DNA of 64,000 bases, taken from Oculina patagonica. Its lineage: Eukaryota. Location: NCBI RefSeq assembly GCF_052425735.1, contig NC_135759.1, forward strand, positions 34,100,001-34,164,000, written 5' to 3'. Numbering within the stretch: position 1 is the first letter of the stretch; each line of letters begins with the position of its first letter. Below the pieces are notes generated by a model that saw only the letters and a program-made list of their open reading frames with translations, was not told where the DNA came from and did not search any database. Of this stretch, positions 53,212-64,000 are shown one piece after another. A program made the translations under genes and the position numbers.

Positions 53212-56073
53212 ATGGTTCTTCAACAGTGCTTGGCTTGCAATACCGTGGTAAGCTTTTAAGGAAATAAGATGGATTCTCTCATAAAATAACATCAATAATT
53301 CTACTAGACTTGTTCGACTCGCTGATATTCAAATTTGCCTTCGTTCGTTAATTTTCATATTTTTAACGGCCCTATTCCGTCACACAACAGCGCACAGCGC
53401 GCCACTTAAACTGATCATAATTTTGCAGTTTTACCGATAATTTGCCTCTAGAAAAGGTTGGATTAATTAGTAGTTATAATTTACCAATTTCTAGGCTCGT
53501 TTTGAGAAATTCCCGGCGAGTTTTTGGCGCGTGTCAGCGAGCGTTGGCGGTCACAGCTCTGACACAGCGAGGCGGCCCTCGCCGAAGACAAGGAACTGAA
53601 CTGAACCAGTGACTCAGCACTGCATTCTCTTTCTATGACCACGCACCATGCACCAGCCGTAAATGGCTGTACAATTAAATGAGCAATTTTATTTTCTTAA
53701 ATACAACTGTTCCTACATTATAAGAGACGGTACGTTTCACTAGTTCTGTTCGCCTGGTATTAAACACTTCCTTTCATCGCTCTCTCCGGTCTGAGGAGTT
53801 GAGGTGTGGGCGGAACGAGACTAAACTGATCAAAGTTTATTGAAAATTCTTTTCGCTGTGTCGTCGGCAACGAAAAAAATACACCTAATAGCGAAAATGT
53901 TCACATTTACTTCCTTCTTCTTGAACCTAGGTAGCTCTAGAGATGTAATTGTCGATCTTTCTCAGAAAGTTGTCGATTGAACTACATCCGCGTGTGAATA
54001 TTGGAGACGACTTGACCCTTTTCGGTGCTGCGTGCCCGAGCGCGAGCAAGACAGGAAGCGTACGCGACCATCATTCGATTTTTTTTTCTTCTTTCTTTTA
54101 TTGTGACAAATTTCCCTCTTTAATTTATATAAATTTTTGAGGTTAAGCTTTCCTGTTTTTATTTCCGTACGGATAATTCCAAACCGTGATAAATCGTTGA
54201 TCGTAGCGTAACGTGTTACATACAACTATTCAGCAACAACAGAACTGACACTATCGATCCTTACGCCCATTGCGAGAAAATTATGCCCGTGAATGGCCAA
54301 ATACCCTCGAAACTATCTAGAACCTACAGTATAATCCACAAAAACATCGCAAACAACAGAAATCACCTCAAATTTTATTAAATTCGCTTAATAAACCATT
54401 CCTTAAATAAAAATGCAAATAAAAGATTTAAAAATATTGCTCGTAATTTCATGTCGTGTTAACTTTCACATTTTTGAAATGCGGAAGTTGTGAACGTTTG
54501 CACGAATATTGACATTATCATCCTCACCCCATCTCCCCAGATATCAGAATCGTGCAAGTCCTGCGTATGTGGTCACGTGTTTGAAGACGCCAAGGAGATT
54601 GGTGGGAAAAGATTTTCAGGTAATCTTTCAAGTTGATCCAGTAAAACCAGTTTCTTTCCGATTTGTGCAGGTGTGAGGGGCGAATCATTTCGTACATGGT
54701 TTATAAATCAACCGGCATTAAAGAACGTTATTTCTGCTTTACAGTTTTATGCTTGAGCTATCTTACCTATATTATAATCCACACATCATTGGTCCTCGAT
54801 TGAGTGTCGTGGAGCTAAAACAAAATTACTCTAGCCAGTCAAAAAAGACACAGACAATCCAGTGCACCAATCAAAATTCGAAGCAAATACATGTAGCCGA
54901 CGCGAAGCGTGGAAAACGTGCGCGAGGGAGTCACGATTGGTTTTGGTTTTACTTGTGATTGGTTGGGAAAGTAGCGCGAGATTTTTAAACCAATCACTAA
55001 GCGACACTCAAATGAAAACCGCTCTATCACTGTCGTTATTACAGAATACCGTGCTGAGTTGTATACCCGTCTGGAGACCAGAAGAATAAAACAAGTGGCA
55101 CGGAGAAACAGAAAAGCAAATGAAAAGGAGTCGGGGCGGCAACCGCTCAAAGAACAAAAGGTATGTATGAAATACACGAGTGGACTCTCCGCTGAAAATT
55201 AGGAAAATAAAAGAAATCCGAATTCCTCGTTTTGACCCCTGGACTCGCTGTTCATGGGTAATTTGACGGGGTAGGGCTACAAAACAAATTAAAGAGAGAG
55301 AGAGAAGGCGAAATTGTAATCAGCACAGTCATGCACACTTCACTATAGCTCCTTTGCAGCATCCGCATGTGAACTAAAATTATCCATTTGGAGTTGATAA
55401 AGCAAAATAAACCGCCGTAGCGAATTATGAAGAGCTGACGTTTCGAGCGTTATTACTTCGTCGGACCTTGAAACGTCAGCTTTTCACTATTTGCTACGGC
55501 GGACTTATCAACTACCAGTTGCTTGATAATCAACTAAGTGTTCACTTTAGGGAGTATCCGTTCTCCTCCTTTTCCTCCTTCCCACCTTCATTTAGACTGA
55601 ATTGATTAATTGATTAAGTAAAGATTTATTGTTATACACCTAATTAAAAAATAATTTGACCCGTGAAAAGCATAAACCATGAACGATAAGACCCAATGGT
55701 ATTATGGGTAGACAGCCTTGATAAGTTTCCCAGTAAACATTTGGGTCGCATCGTTCATGGTTTATGCTTTTCATGGGTCAACGATTCTTCAATCAGGTAT
55801 ATAATATTGTTTTCCGTTTCCTTTTTCCGATAGGCCAACGCGGTAGAATCCGGAGTCACCACCTTAACATTCAAACCCACGACAAACTCTTTTAAGCCGA
55901 AAACGTGTCACAGAAGAATAAAAGGCAAAAGATTTTCACGTCCAGTAAACCAGTCACCAAACAAAACTGCCGTGCCACCTGAACTAGTGTCCAGACTTCC
56001 AAGTGCTCTGCAGGAAATCAACCGAAGACTGACAGGACAGAACCTGATGTGGTGGACAATGCAGTTGCAGTAG
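53212..56073 (+). CDS. C16orf87: UPF0547/C16orf87-like protein, paralog J (156 aa)
   Basis: Exons 53212-53247 (MVLQQCLACNTV), 54541-54619 (ISESCKSCVCGHVFEDAKEIGGKRFS), 55045-55160 (EYRAELYTRLETRRIK..), 55834-56073 (..RLPSALQEINRRLTGQNLMWWTMQLQ*). In frame. Confidence 0.85.
55632..55804. mobile_element. Hairpin MITE in intron 3 of J
   Basis: ttgacccgtgaaaagcataaaccatgaacgat / atcgttcatggtttatgcttttcatgggtcaa inverted arms with outer imperfect extension. Confidence 0.7.
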
Positions 56074-56254
56074 ATACTAAACGAGACGAGGAGAGCATGG
56101 CCAAGGGAACCAGCCCTCTTGACCCACGTCAATCATTCTAAATCTATTTTTGGATTATCTGATTTCTATTTTTAGGCTTTGAATTTGGTGAATTGCTGGA
56201 AAAGACCCAACCTAATTTGCTATTACTAGCGATGAATTTTTACGTTCAACACAT

Positions 56255-56462
56255 CTCAGAGCGAAACATTTCCGACAAAAGGAAAAGAAGAAAACGATAT
56301 TCTAGATTGCAGACAAATCTGTCTTCTGCGCTGAAGCAGCAACCAAGCAGAGGAAGTATTGTATCACCACAGCTGTTGAGTAGACTGCCAAGCGTTCTCA
56401 AGGAAATAAACCGAAGAATACTCGTACAGAATATTATGTGGCTGGCGTTACAGAAGGAGTAG
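56255..56462 (+). pseudogene. Orphan 3' part of paralog H exon 4 at a duplication breakpoint
   Basis: Nearly identical to 42895-43104 (ERNISDKRKRRKRYSRLQTNL..RLPSVLKEINRRILVQNIMWLALQKE*). Lacks the exon-4 acceptor and exons 1-3. Does not carry the +2 frameshift. Confidence 0.8.
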
Positions 56463-57649
56463 AAACGAAAACAGTTTGAGAGCAATCCTTTCACGTTTTA
56501 CAGATGACTGAACGGCTCCGGCTCAAACAGAAGTTCCTGAAAGTATTTCAAAATCTTGCAATATACACCGGAAACAAGGAAGCCGTTCCCAGAGAACAGG
56601 AACAAGCTGAGATTGACTGCGCGGAAAGTAAAAGTGCACATGATAGTTAACCCCGGGGCTATGTAAACGAAGACTGCATAAAAATGAGAGTAATGCATGC
56701 CGCTTATGGTAAAATGTGAAAATAAAACTGACTGAGGAAAGAAAAGAATGTTTGTTTTGTCTACTTGAAAAGATAAATAAAGGCTTCGTGGACGATATAA
56801 AGACAATTTAATCAGCAACTGATCGAGAAAGATTCTTTTCAAAAGTAAAAAAGTTTTACCGCAGAGGAACTTTTCGTATTTATAGAGCCTAAATGCCTTT
56901 TGTGTCAACATTAACCGAAACAGGGCTAAGAGGACCGTTTCATATGAACATGAGTTTCCAGATCTGCAAAATTATTACGTTTGCTAATCAGGACTCCATC
57001 GCCTACGCACATCCGGGATCCTTCCTCTGCTCAGCGCGCTCATAGAACTAGAGATATTGATGATATCATAAATCATCACAAACCACCTGTTACGTCACAA
57101 TCACGTGATAACGGCGAGATAGCTCTCTAAAAAGCTGATTAATACATGAATCAGCAGGAAATAACTTGCAACCATTTCACTGCCCGATTTCATCTTGACG
57201 TACAGCTTGAAGTTCAACGATGGTATTTGAGCGGTGTATTGCATGCAACTTGTTGGTAAGACTATAAGAATTGAGTATTTTTTTGAGATGACATGAACTC
57301 TTTGGAACGTCATGTAAATGACCACTGAATCATTGGTATTGGTCATAATTCATCTGAATGTTTTGTATTATGATTTCAGACATTTCTATTTCAGCGATCG
57401 ATTCTACTTTAATAGTGGAAAGATTGCTTATAATGATTAATCAGATTTAATGAGCCGTTACTCAGGCTTGTGTACAAAGCTGCTTTTCAATTTTGTCTGC
57501 TGGTTAAAGTCCGAGAAAAATGGCTTAATTTTACTTTAATTTACCACTCAGGCTGCTGTTTGAAAGTCGAAATTACTTTTCGTCTGCAGCTGATGTCCTC
57601 ACACTGTCTGCCATGTTTGTCGACAAGCTTACATGTATTTATATCGCAC

Positions 57650-58594
57650 CAGGCATAACTAATCGATGACATCAATGACATCAATGAAATCAATGAGTAA
57701 TCGATGGGTAATCAGTTGATTAGTCATTGATTATTGCCGATGATCAATGAGTAATCGATGACTAATCGATAGGCCACAAAATTTTTGGTCATCGATTAGT
57801 CATCGATTGCATCGATTAGTCATTGATTGCATTGAATACTCATCGATATAGTCTCGTGGTTAAAAACCGGAACTTGTAAAAGTATAACAGGCTATAACAA
57901 TCTAACAATATCATGGTAACACGTGAAAAAAGTACAGAAAGTAAAAGTGCTTGCAGCTGTTCCGGTGCGTAATGTAAGTGCTTATGATGGCTGTCTCCCT
58001 AAGCCGAAGCAGTTTTACTTTGCTGACAAACATCCACCGATCAAAATCTATAACCACGTAGTCGATTCTTGTCTTCGTACTTGTTAGTTTCTTTCCAGAC
58101 TGGTTGGTTTTCCTGTTCAATTGTTTTTTTATTAAATAAAGAGTTGGGTAAAGTAAAATATTGAAATATCATCAGTATTTGTGCTTAGCCCTTCACGTCT
58201 TGATATGCCGGAAGGTTATTTGACCTTTTGTGAGGGCGTAATTTCGTCAACAAGAATGCCAGTTATAAAGCAAAATATGACTAACACAGAGAAAAAAAAT
58301 CACAAAAAATGGTACAAGAAAGCAAGGAATGTGTCTTTTGTGTGCAGTATGATAGTTGATGAGTAATCGATGGGTCATCGATGAGTAATCAATAACATCA
58401 ATAGGTAATCAATTACATCAATGAGTAATCGATATCATCGATGAGTAATCGATAGGCCACAAAATTTTTGGGCTTCGATTACTCATCGATTACTCATTGA
58501 TCATCGCCAATAATCAATGACTAATCAACTGATTACCCATCGATTACTCATTGATTACCAATTGATGTCATTGATCATCGATTAGTTATGCCTG
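57650..58594. mobile_element. hAT-like non-autonomous transposon with ATCGAT-rich subterminal repeats
   Basis: TIRs CAGGCATAACTAATCGATGA / TCATCGATTAGTTATGCCTG. 8-bp TSD tatcgcac/gatcgcac. Empty site in the first copy near 44330. Confidence 0.8.
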
Positions 58595-59897
58595 GATCGC
58601 ACTGATATATTTAGTGTATCACAAAGCGCAAGCATTCCTCGGTTAGGCTCGTTACACCCTGTTAACTGATCACGGCTTCTTTTGTCTGATAACAAACCTT
58701 CAGGATGGATTAAATTCCAAGTATACGAACAGGCCCATTCTGTGGTTATAATAAACACTCAAAAAAGTACCGCAAGTTATCGAGTAAACCAAAACAACGA
58801 GAACAACAAGTAACAATAGTCCTAATAAATAACGGGGCCAGCCTACTGCATTTAGTAGTCAAGGTGGGAAGAAGACATGTCGCGTGCTAAATAGCCGGAA
58901 ACAAATAGGATATTTGCCTTTAAAAATAGATTGAGAATTATTACTGAGTGCTACTCCTTTATCAGAGCAAATAATAAATAGCCCTTTCATGCCCTTGCTC
59001 ACTGCTCTGCGAAAGTGCGAGAAACACCTCCGAACACTGAACATTCATGTTATAGCAACATTGAAACGCGCAAATCAGTTTGAAAATTTGAAATGTGTAA
59101 CAACTCAGAAAAAAAAACGGAGAGATTAGCGGGTTTAAGATGGATTACGAAGAAGCGCAAATTAATTTTTTGTCTTTTAGGTTTAAAATCAGAGCAAATC
59201 ATATGGAATCCAATATTTTTGCGGCAAAAGCTATTATAATTTTCATAGAGGTACATATTTTGATTTTACCGTTTTTGTGATGCTTTGCGGTTTACCAACG
59301 GTTTAGAAACTGATTTGCCTCAGTAGTGAGCACATATGTAACTTAGCGAATTTCTTATAAGAAAGGTTAAAAAAGAAAAAAAATACTGAAAACTCCTTGC
59401 ATAAAGATCACAGGGTAAACAAATCGACGCTTTAAAAGTTTGTTTTTATTTTGCAACAATATCTTTTAACATCACTTGTAAAATAACGGTATAACCAAAA
59501 CTGTAGATTAAAACTTGGTTAAAGCCCTTAAACGTATACTATAAACTAAGGTATAATTTTGGAGAGTAGAAATTCATGCGATAACTAATTAATATATATA
59601 ACTTTAGCTATTTGCCACAAAACATTTTTCTATGTTCGCTTCCCTACGGTTCTTTTAAATTGGTTGTTGCAAAATAGTGACCGGTACTTTAAATAAGACT
59701 GGTTATTAAATATTCTCTGTCTCCTTATCTGTCAGCGAAACTTTTTAACGTGAATATCGATAATGCCAAAGACTTTTACAAAAAAAAAAACGCCAAACCT
59801 AGGCAACGCTGATGTGCCAGGCTACAGTCGAGCCTTGCTCAACAGCTAACAGACACCTCCGCACCTGTCCTTTTTCTAATCAATTCAAATTGGGGGA

Positions 59898-59905
59898 TGA
59901 CGTCA
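59898..59905 (+). promoter_or_regulatory. CRE of paralog K
   Basis: TGACGTCA 112 bp upstream of ATG. Confidence 0.55.
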
Positions 59906-60016
59906 CTGAGTACTGAGGTAAACTGGCTTGTGGCTTATTATCAAGCCGTGTGAAGTGAATCAGTGAGTCGCTGAGACCTAGAAATTCTTTGCCAGCGATT
60001 CAGTAACCAACCGACA

Positions 60017-62244
60017 ATGGTCCTTCAACAGTGTTTGGCCTGTAACTCAGTGGTAAGGGAAATTCAAACTCTTAAAAGCTCATTTTGATCGAATCCTCCT
60101 TTTCCAGCTGTCTTGACCTAGACTGAATATTCAAATTTGTCTTAGTTTGATAATTTTCATATTGTCTTCCCAACTTGACAATTCTGTTTCGTCAGTTCAG
60201 TCCGCACGGAACAAGGCTCTACTGACTCGTGATAGGCTTCTTTTCATTTTCTGTAAGGGGATTTCTTTACCAGACTAAGTTTATTTCAAACAATGTTGAA
60301 CATAAGTATTTCATGTAGTTACGAGTAAGGTTGGTGGAAGGATCTAGACGGTCCGCCCTTCCTGGTGACGACAAACACGCGCGCGTGTTACAGTGTATGG
60401 GGTTACTGAAGTCACATTATTTTACGATAACTCTCTCACTTACAAAGTACTCATAATAGAAATAAACCTCGGAAAAGGCGTTCGAAATAGTAAAAAAACA
60501 ATTAGAAATCGCGCGGAGACGTACAGAACTGATAGTTACAATTTGGCAACGGATTAAGACGGCGCGATTCTGAGTTTCATGTGATGTAAAACAAAGCAGC
60601 TAAAAAGAATAAAAGCGCTGATTAATTAAGCTTGGAGCTGAAAAAGGCTTGTAAAACCTTTATATCCTTTTAATGTTTACTGAATTCGCCAAACTCTTCC
60701 TGACATTTGAGATGAAGGTGAGGGTCAGTTGACAAATGATTGAGCGACTTGTCTCGCAAACGTTTTTCTAAGTGATTGATATCTGTTTCAATGATGTCGT
60801 TTTCCCTCTTAGAAGACTGACTCGTGTACGTCATGTGTATGTGGTCACGTGTTTGAGAACTCGAAGCAGATTGGCGGAAAGAGGTTTTCAGGTAAGAATA
60901 AAACCCTTTAAAGCTTCAAGACTCCAAAATTATATTTTTCGAAATCTAGAGAAACTTGTAACACTACATGAAATTATTTGCCGAAAAGTTACCCTAGAGA
61001 CCTCTAAAGGTTAGAACCACCTTGAACAGCATGATAAACAGCACCACGTGAAAACTGGTCAAACGCTACCGTTTCGTCCAGAGTCTTGAAAGTTAAACGG
61101 CGTCACGTTGTTTAACATAATAGACACTGCAACATGGCGGAGTACCTACTGCTCAGCTGTAGCTGTCATTTGAATGGTCACACTCACGCGCACTCAGATG
61201 TCACAAATTTTATGGGTAGTGCTATATCAACAGAAATGAGGGCTAAAAGGGTGAAATACTTTTGAGCTGAATGTACAATGGCTTAAGTAATAGCTTTCAT
61301 TTCACATCATAATCAAGCCATATTGTTCAGAAATATATCTGAGAAGATTCTTTTCAGTGTGTTTTCTCTTAAGATCTTCACGGCTAAAGCTCATGTTTTA
61401 TGACACGAAATTACATCTTAAGTTTATCTGGGGTCTTTATCAAGCTGAACCACGGAGAGGGAGTGGGGCTGGTAGTAGCTTTTAATTATTGGGCCTTCGT
61501 GCTATACATAAATAACATTTTCATTTTATTATACTATTTATTTCTTTTTCAGAATATCGAGCGGAACTATATCATCGTTTGGAAAACAGAAGAATGAAGA
61601 GACTTACCCGGGAAAACAGAAAAGCACAAAACGACAAACAGTCAAAACCACTAAAAGAACGCATGGTACTAAGAATTGGAAAATGTTTAATCAGAAATTC
61701 AGTTGTGAGCAATAATTGTACGCTAAACCTAAGGAAGTTCATGAATAAATCTCTTATGGATAATGCTTTGCTTTCTTTAAGAGGACATAGTCCCGGTTAC
61801 ATTGTAACCATCAGTTATGGGACGTATCCCATAAAGGAACACGTAGACGGACGCGAAAATTAAGCGGTGCCGATGCTTATGGGCTTGTTTCACTGTGATC
61901 AGCACTTATATGTTTTTATATTTTGTAATTCCATTCCTAGACCAACACGACAGATGAAACTGGAGTCATCCGCTCATCCTTTAAACCTAAGGCTCACACA
62001 TCTGCGGGATCAAAAACATTCAACCGGCGACGAATAAAATCCAAAACACTTTCACGCCCAATTATAGACTCTGTACCAAACCAATCTCAAGCCCAGAGTC
62101 CGCTGGATTCCACGGTCAGCGACAACAAGCAAAACTACTGTGCCACCTGAACTAGTGTCCAGACTTCCAAGTGCTCTGCAAGAAATCAACCGAAGACTGA
62201 CAGGACAGAACCTGATGTGGTGGACTATGCACTGGTTACAATAA
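60017..62244 (+). CDS. C16orf87: UPF0547/C16orf87-like protein, paralog K (duplicate of I); -2 frameshift in exon 4, premature stop 62148-62150
   Basis: Exons 60017-60052, 60813-60891, 61553-61665, 61941-62244. Sequence ccgctggattccacgg versus I ccgccggcggctccacgg (2 nt shorter) gives a 145-aa product lacking the SALQEINRR helix. Confidence 0.75.
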
Positions 62245-64000
62245 AAATGTGATATTGAAAACCGGGAACCTTTGTAAATTATGAATATTTTAATAGTATG
62301 GTGTCTCTGAAGCCTCAAAACGTTAGTCACCAAGAACAACTACAGATTGATGCTCCTGGGTTCAGACCTTTAGCAATGTTCTGTGGTGTGTTTTTAAATA
62401 GAGGGAAAGGAGAGTGAAAGTCAACAAAAATCGTATAAGATTATGTGTGTTTTATAATTTTTTTTTAACTGGGGAAAGAGAAGATCGGTTGGATTTGGAA
62501 ATCGATAAACATTGTGTATTTTTTTTTGTTAAAATGCCAAGTATTTTAATTTTCTTTACTTTTATTAATAGGTTAATCAACCTGTAACTGAAGTAAAAAA
62601 TATATTTATATATCTTACTTTATTGTATTTGGTAAAATGTAAATAAATTATTGTTTTCCAACAAGACATGTCAAACATCAGGAGAATTCACAAAAAACGC
62701 ACACAAACTGACCGTGTCAGGTGTCATGTGTCGTCATACCGTGACAATAGAAAGTGTTCAGGTGTTATCAGGTGCATATGCTCCTGATGTTACCGACGGG
62801 TCCCAAGGTATAAAATAGAACAGAGAGAGAAATTTGCCTTACCACTGTCTCGCCTGATGTTTTCGTTGTCGTCCGGTGGCTTTAAACCGATCCTGAGAAG
62901 TAGCCAAATTACTAAGATTTACCTTTACAAGCCACAAAAACAAATATAGACTTAACATAGTCTCAGGAGGGTGTCAGCTGTGTTAAAAAAATTAAACTGA
63001 TACATTGCATTTCAAGCAAGCTGACTCTTTCCGAATTTCTCCAGCTCGGCCATGAGACAGTCGGTCGTATGGGTTTTCCTGTCCTTCGCCCTTCCCGACA
63101 GGCTCCGAAGCAGCTCACTTCGGACTAGTCACTGTCGTGGTAGTCTATACGCAGTCAGTTTGCATCTGAGAATTTTCATTGGAGCCTGAAAACATATTTG
63201 AAAACTATTATGAATGTTAGAGAAAAAAAAGCTCAATCCTGGAGAAGAGAAGCTGACTGTACCACGCAAAGAGGAAAAGAATCAAAAAAGGAAAAAAGAC
63301 CGTAACGTTTATTGGCACTGCGCTTTGTCCAATTATATATCACTGAACCTATAGCTAGACTTTCTCAAAGTCTTTCGCTTCTCGTTTCCGCGGGTTTGGT
63401 GGTAGTATACCCCGCTCGCTTTCACGCTTTGCACACACTGTCGCGCTTCGCGCTCTGTCTGCTCGACTTGTAGGCAAGTCTACACTGAGCCCAGCGGATT
63501 TTTCGTTTTCCCTACCCCTTCCTCTTATTCCAGTTTCAAGATCCATTGTATGACTAGAGCCTTTTTGTGCGCGTGAGATTTTAACTTCGCGTGGAATTTT
63601 GGTGCGATGTTTTGGGTTTTGAGGGGACAAAGTTCAGTGTTGAAAAGTTTTGCTACTTATTAAGACTGATATTTTACATAATTAAAGAGGGAATTTAATC
63701 TTTAATATTCCCAAAAAATTAAGTAAACTCGAACGAAAACCAATCACTGGAACAAATAAAAAGTGAATTTTTTAAAGATGCAGTCATGGTAGAAAACTTT
63801 GCCCTTTGAACGTCAATACTGTTTCATCATCACGTCTGTCACACGAATGGAAATTTATTGATCTTCCGGTGCATTCAGAGTACGATGATTATTAAAGTCT
63901 ACGTGTAAGTGTAAATTCTAGAAAAGGTTTTTGCGATACTGTGTAATTTTGCGGACAAAAATTTCATGCGATTTCGCGAGAAGTCTTCTAAATTAAGTTA

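Larger units (their letters stand above)
42895..64000. repeat. Segmental duplication: 42895-~51745 repeated at 56255-64000 (runs off window)
   Basis: Collinear similarity from mid exon 4 of H through gene I/K and the downstream flank. The copies differ by several TE insertions. Confidence 0.9.

Noticed and set aside
57655-57850. Short ATCGAT-rich repeats resembling an array
   Set aside because: Subterminal repeats of a hAT-like element, mirrored at 58360-58590. No constant repeat/unique spacer pattern, so not CRISPR.

Overview
AT-rich, intron-containing eukaryotic DNA. The repeat families look like those of a cnidarian, probably a scleractinian coral (inference). The left end holds the last exon (C2B domain) of a synaptotagmin-like gene on the + strand, with an intronless SNX16-like sorting nexin nested antisense in its last intron. 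From about 5.9 kb to the end, the window is a tandem cluster that the ORF track mostly misses because the exons are short. It has 11 four-exon paralogs (A-K) and 2 orphan exon-4 fragments encoding small proteins (145-177 aa, except frameshifted H at 120 aa) that resemble UPF0547/C16orf87. Shared layout: N-terminal CxxC-x10-CxCGH zinc ribbon, a conserved GGKRFSEYRAxLYxRLE block, a basic linker, and a C-terminal R(F/L)PSALxEINRR..QN..W helix. Intron positions and phases (0,1,0) are the same in all copies. Each copy has a CRE or CRE-like 8-mer (TGACGTCA, 7 perfect and 4 with one mismatch) 112-159 bp upstream of its ATG. Two recent segmental duplications, a probable gene-conversion tract, two copies frameshifted just before the C-terminal helix, and many MITE/SINE insertions point to ongoing birth-and-death evolution. 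Family assignments are from recalled sequence similarity, not from database searches.
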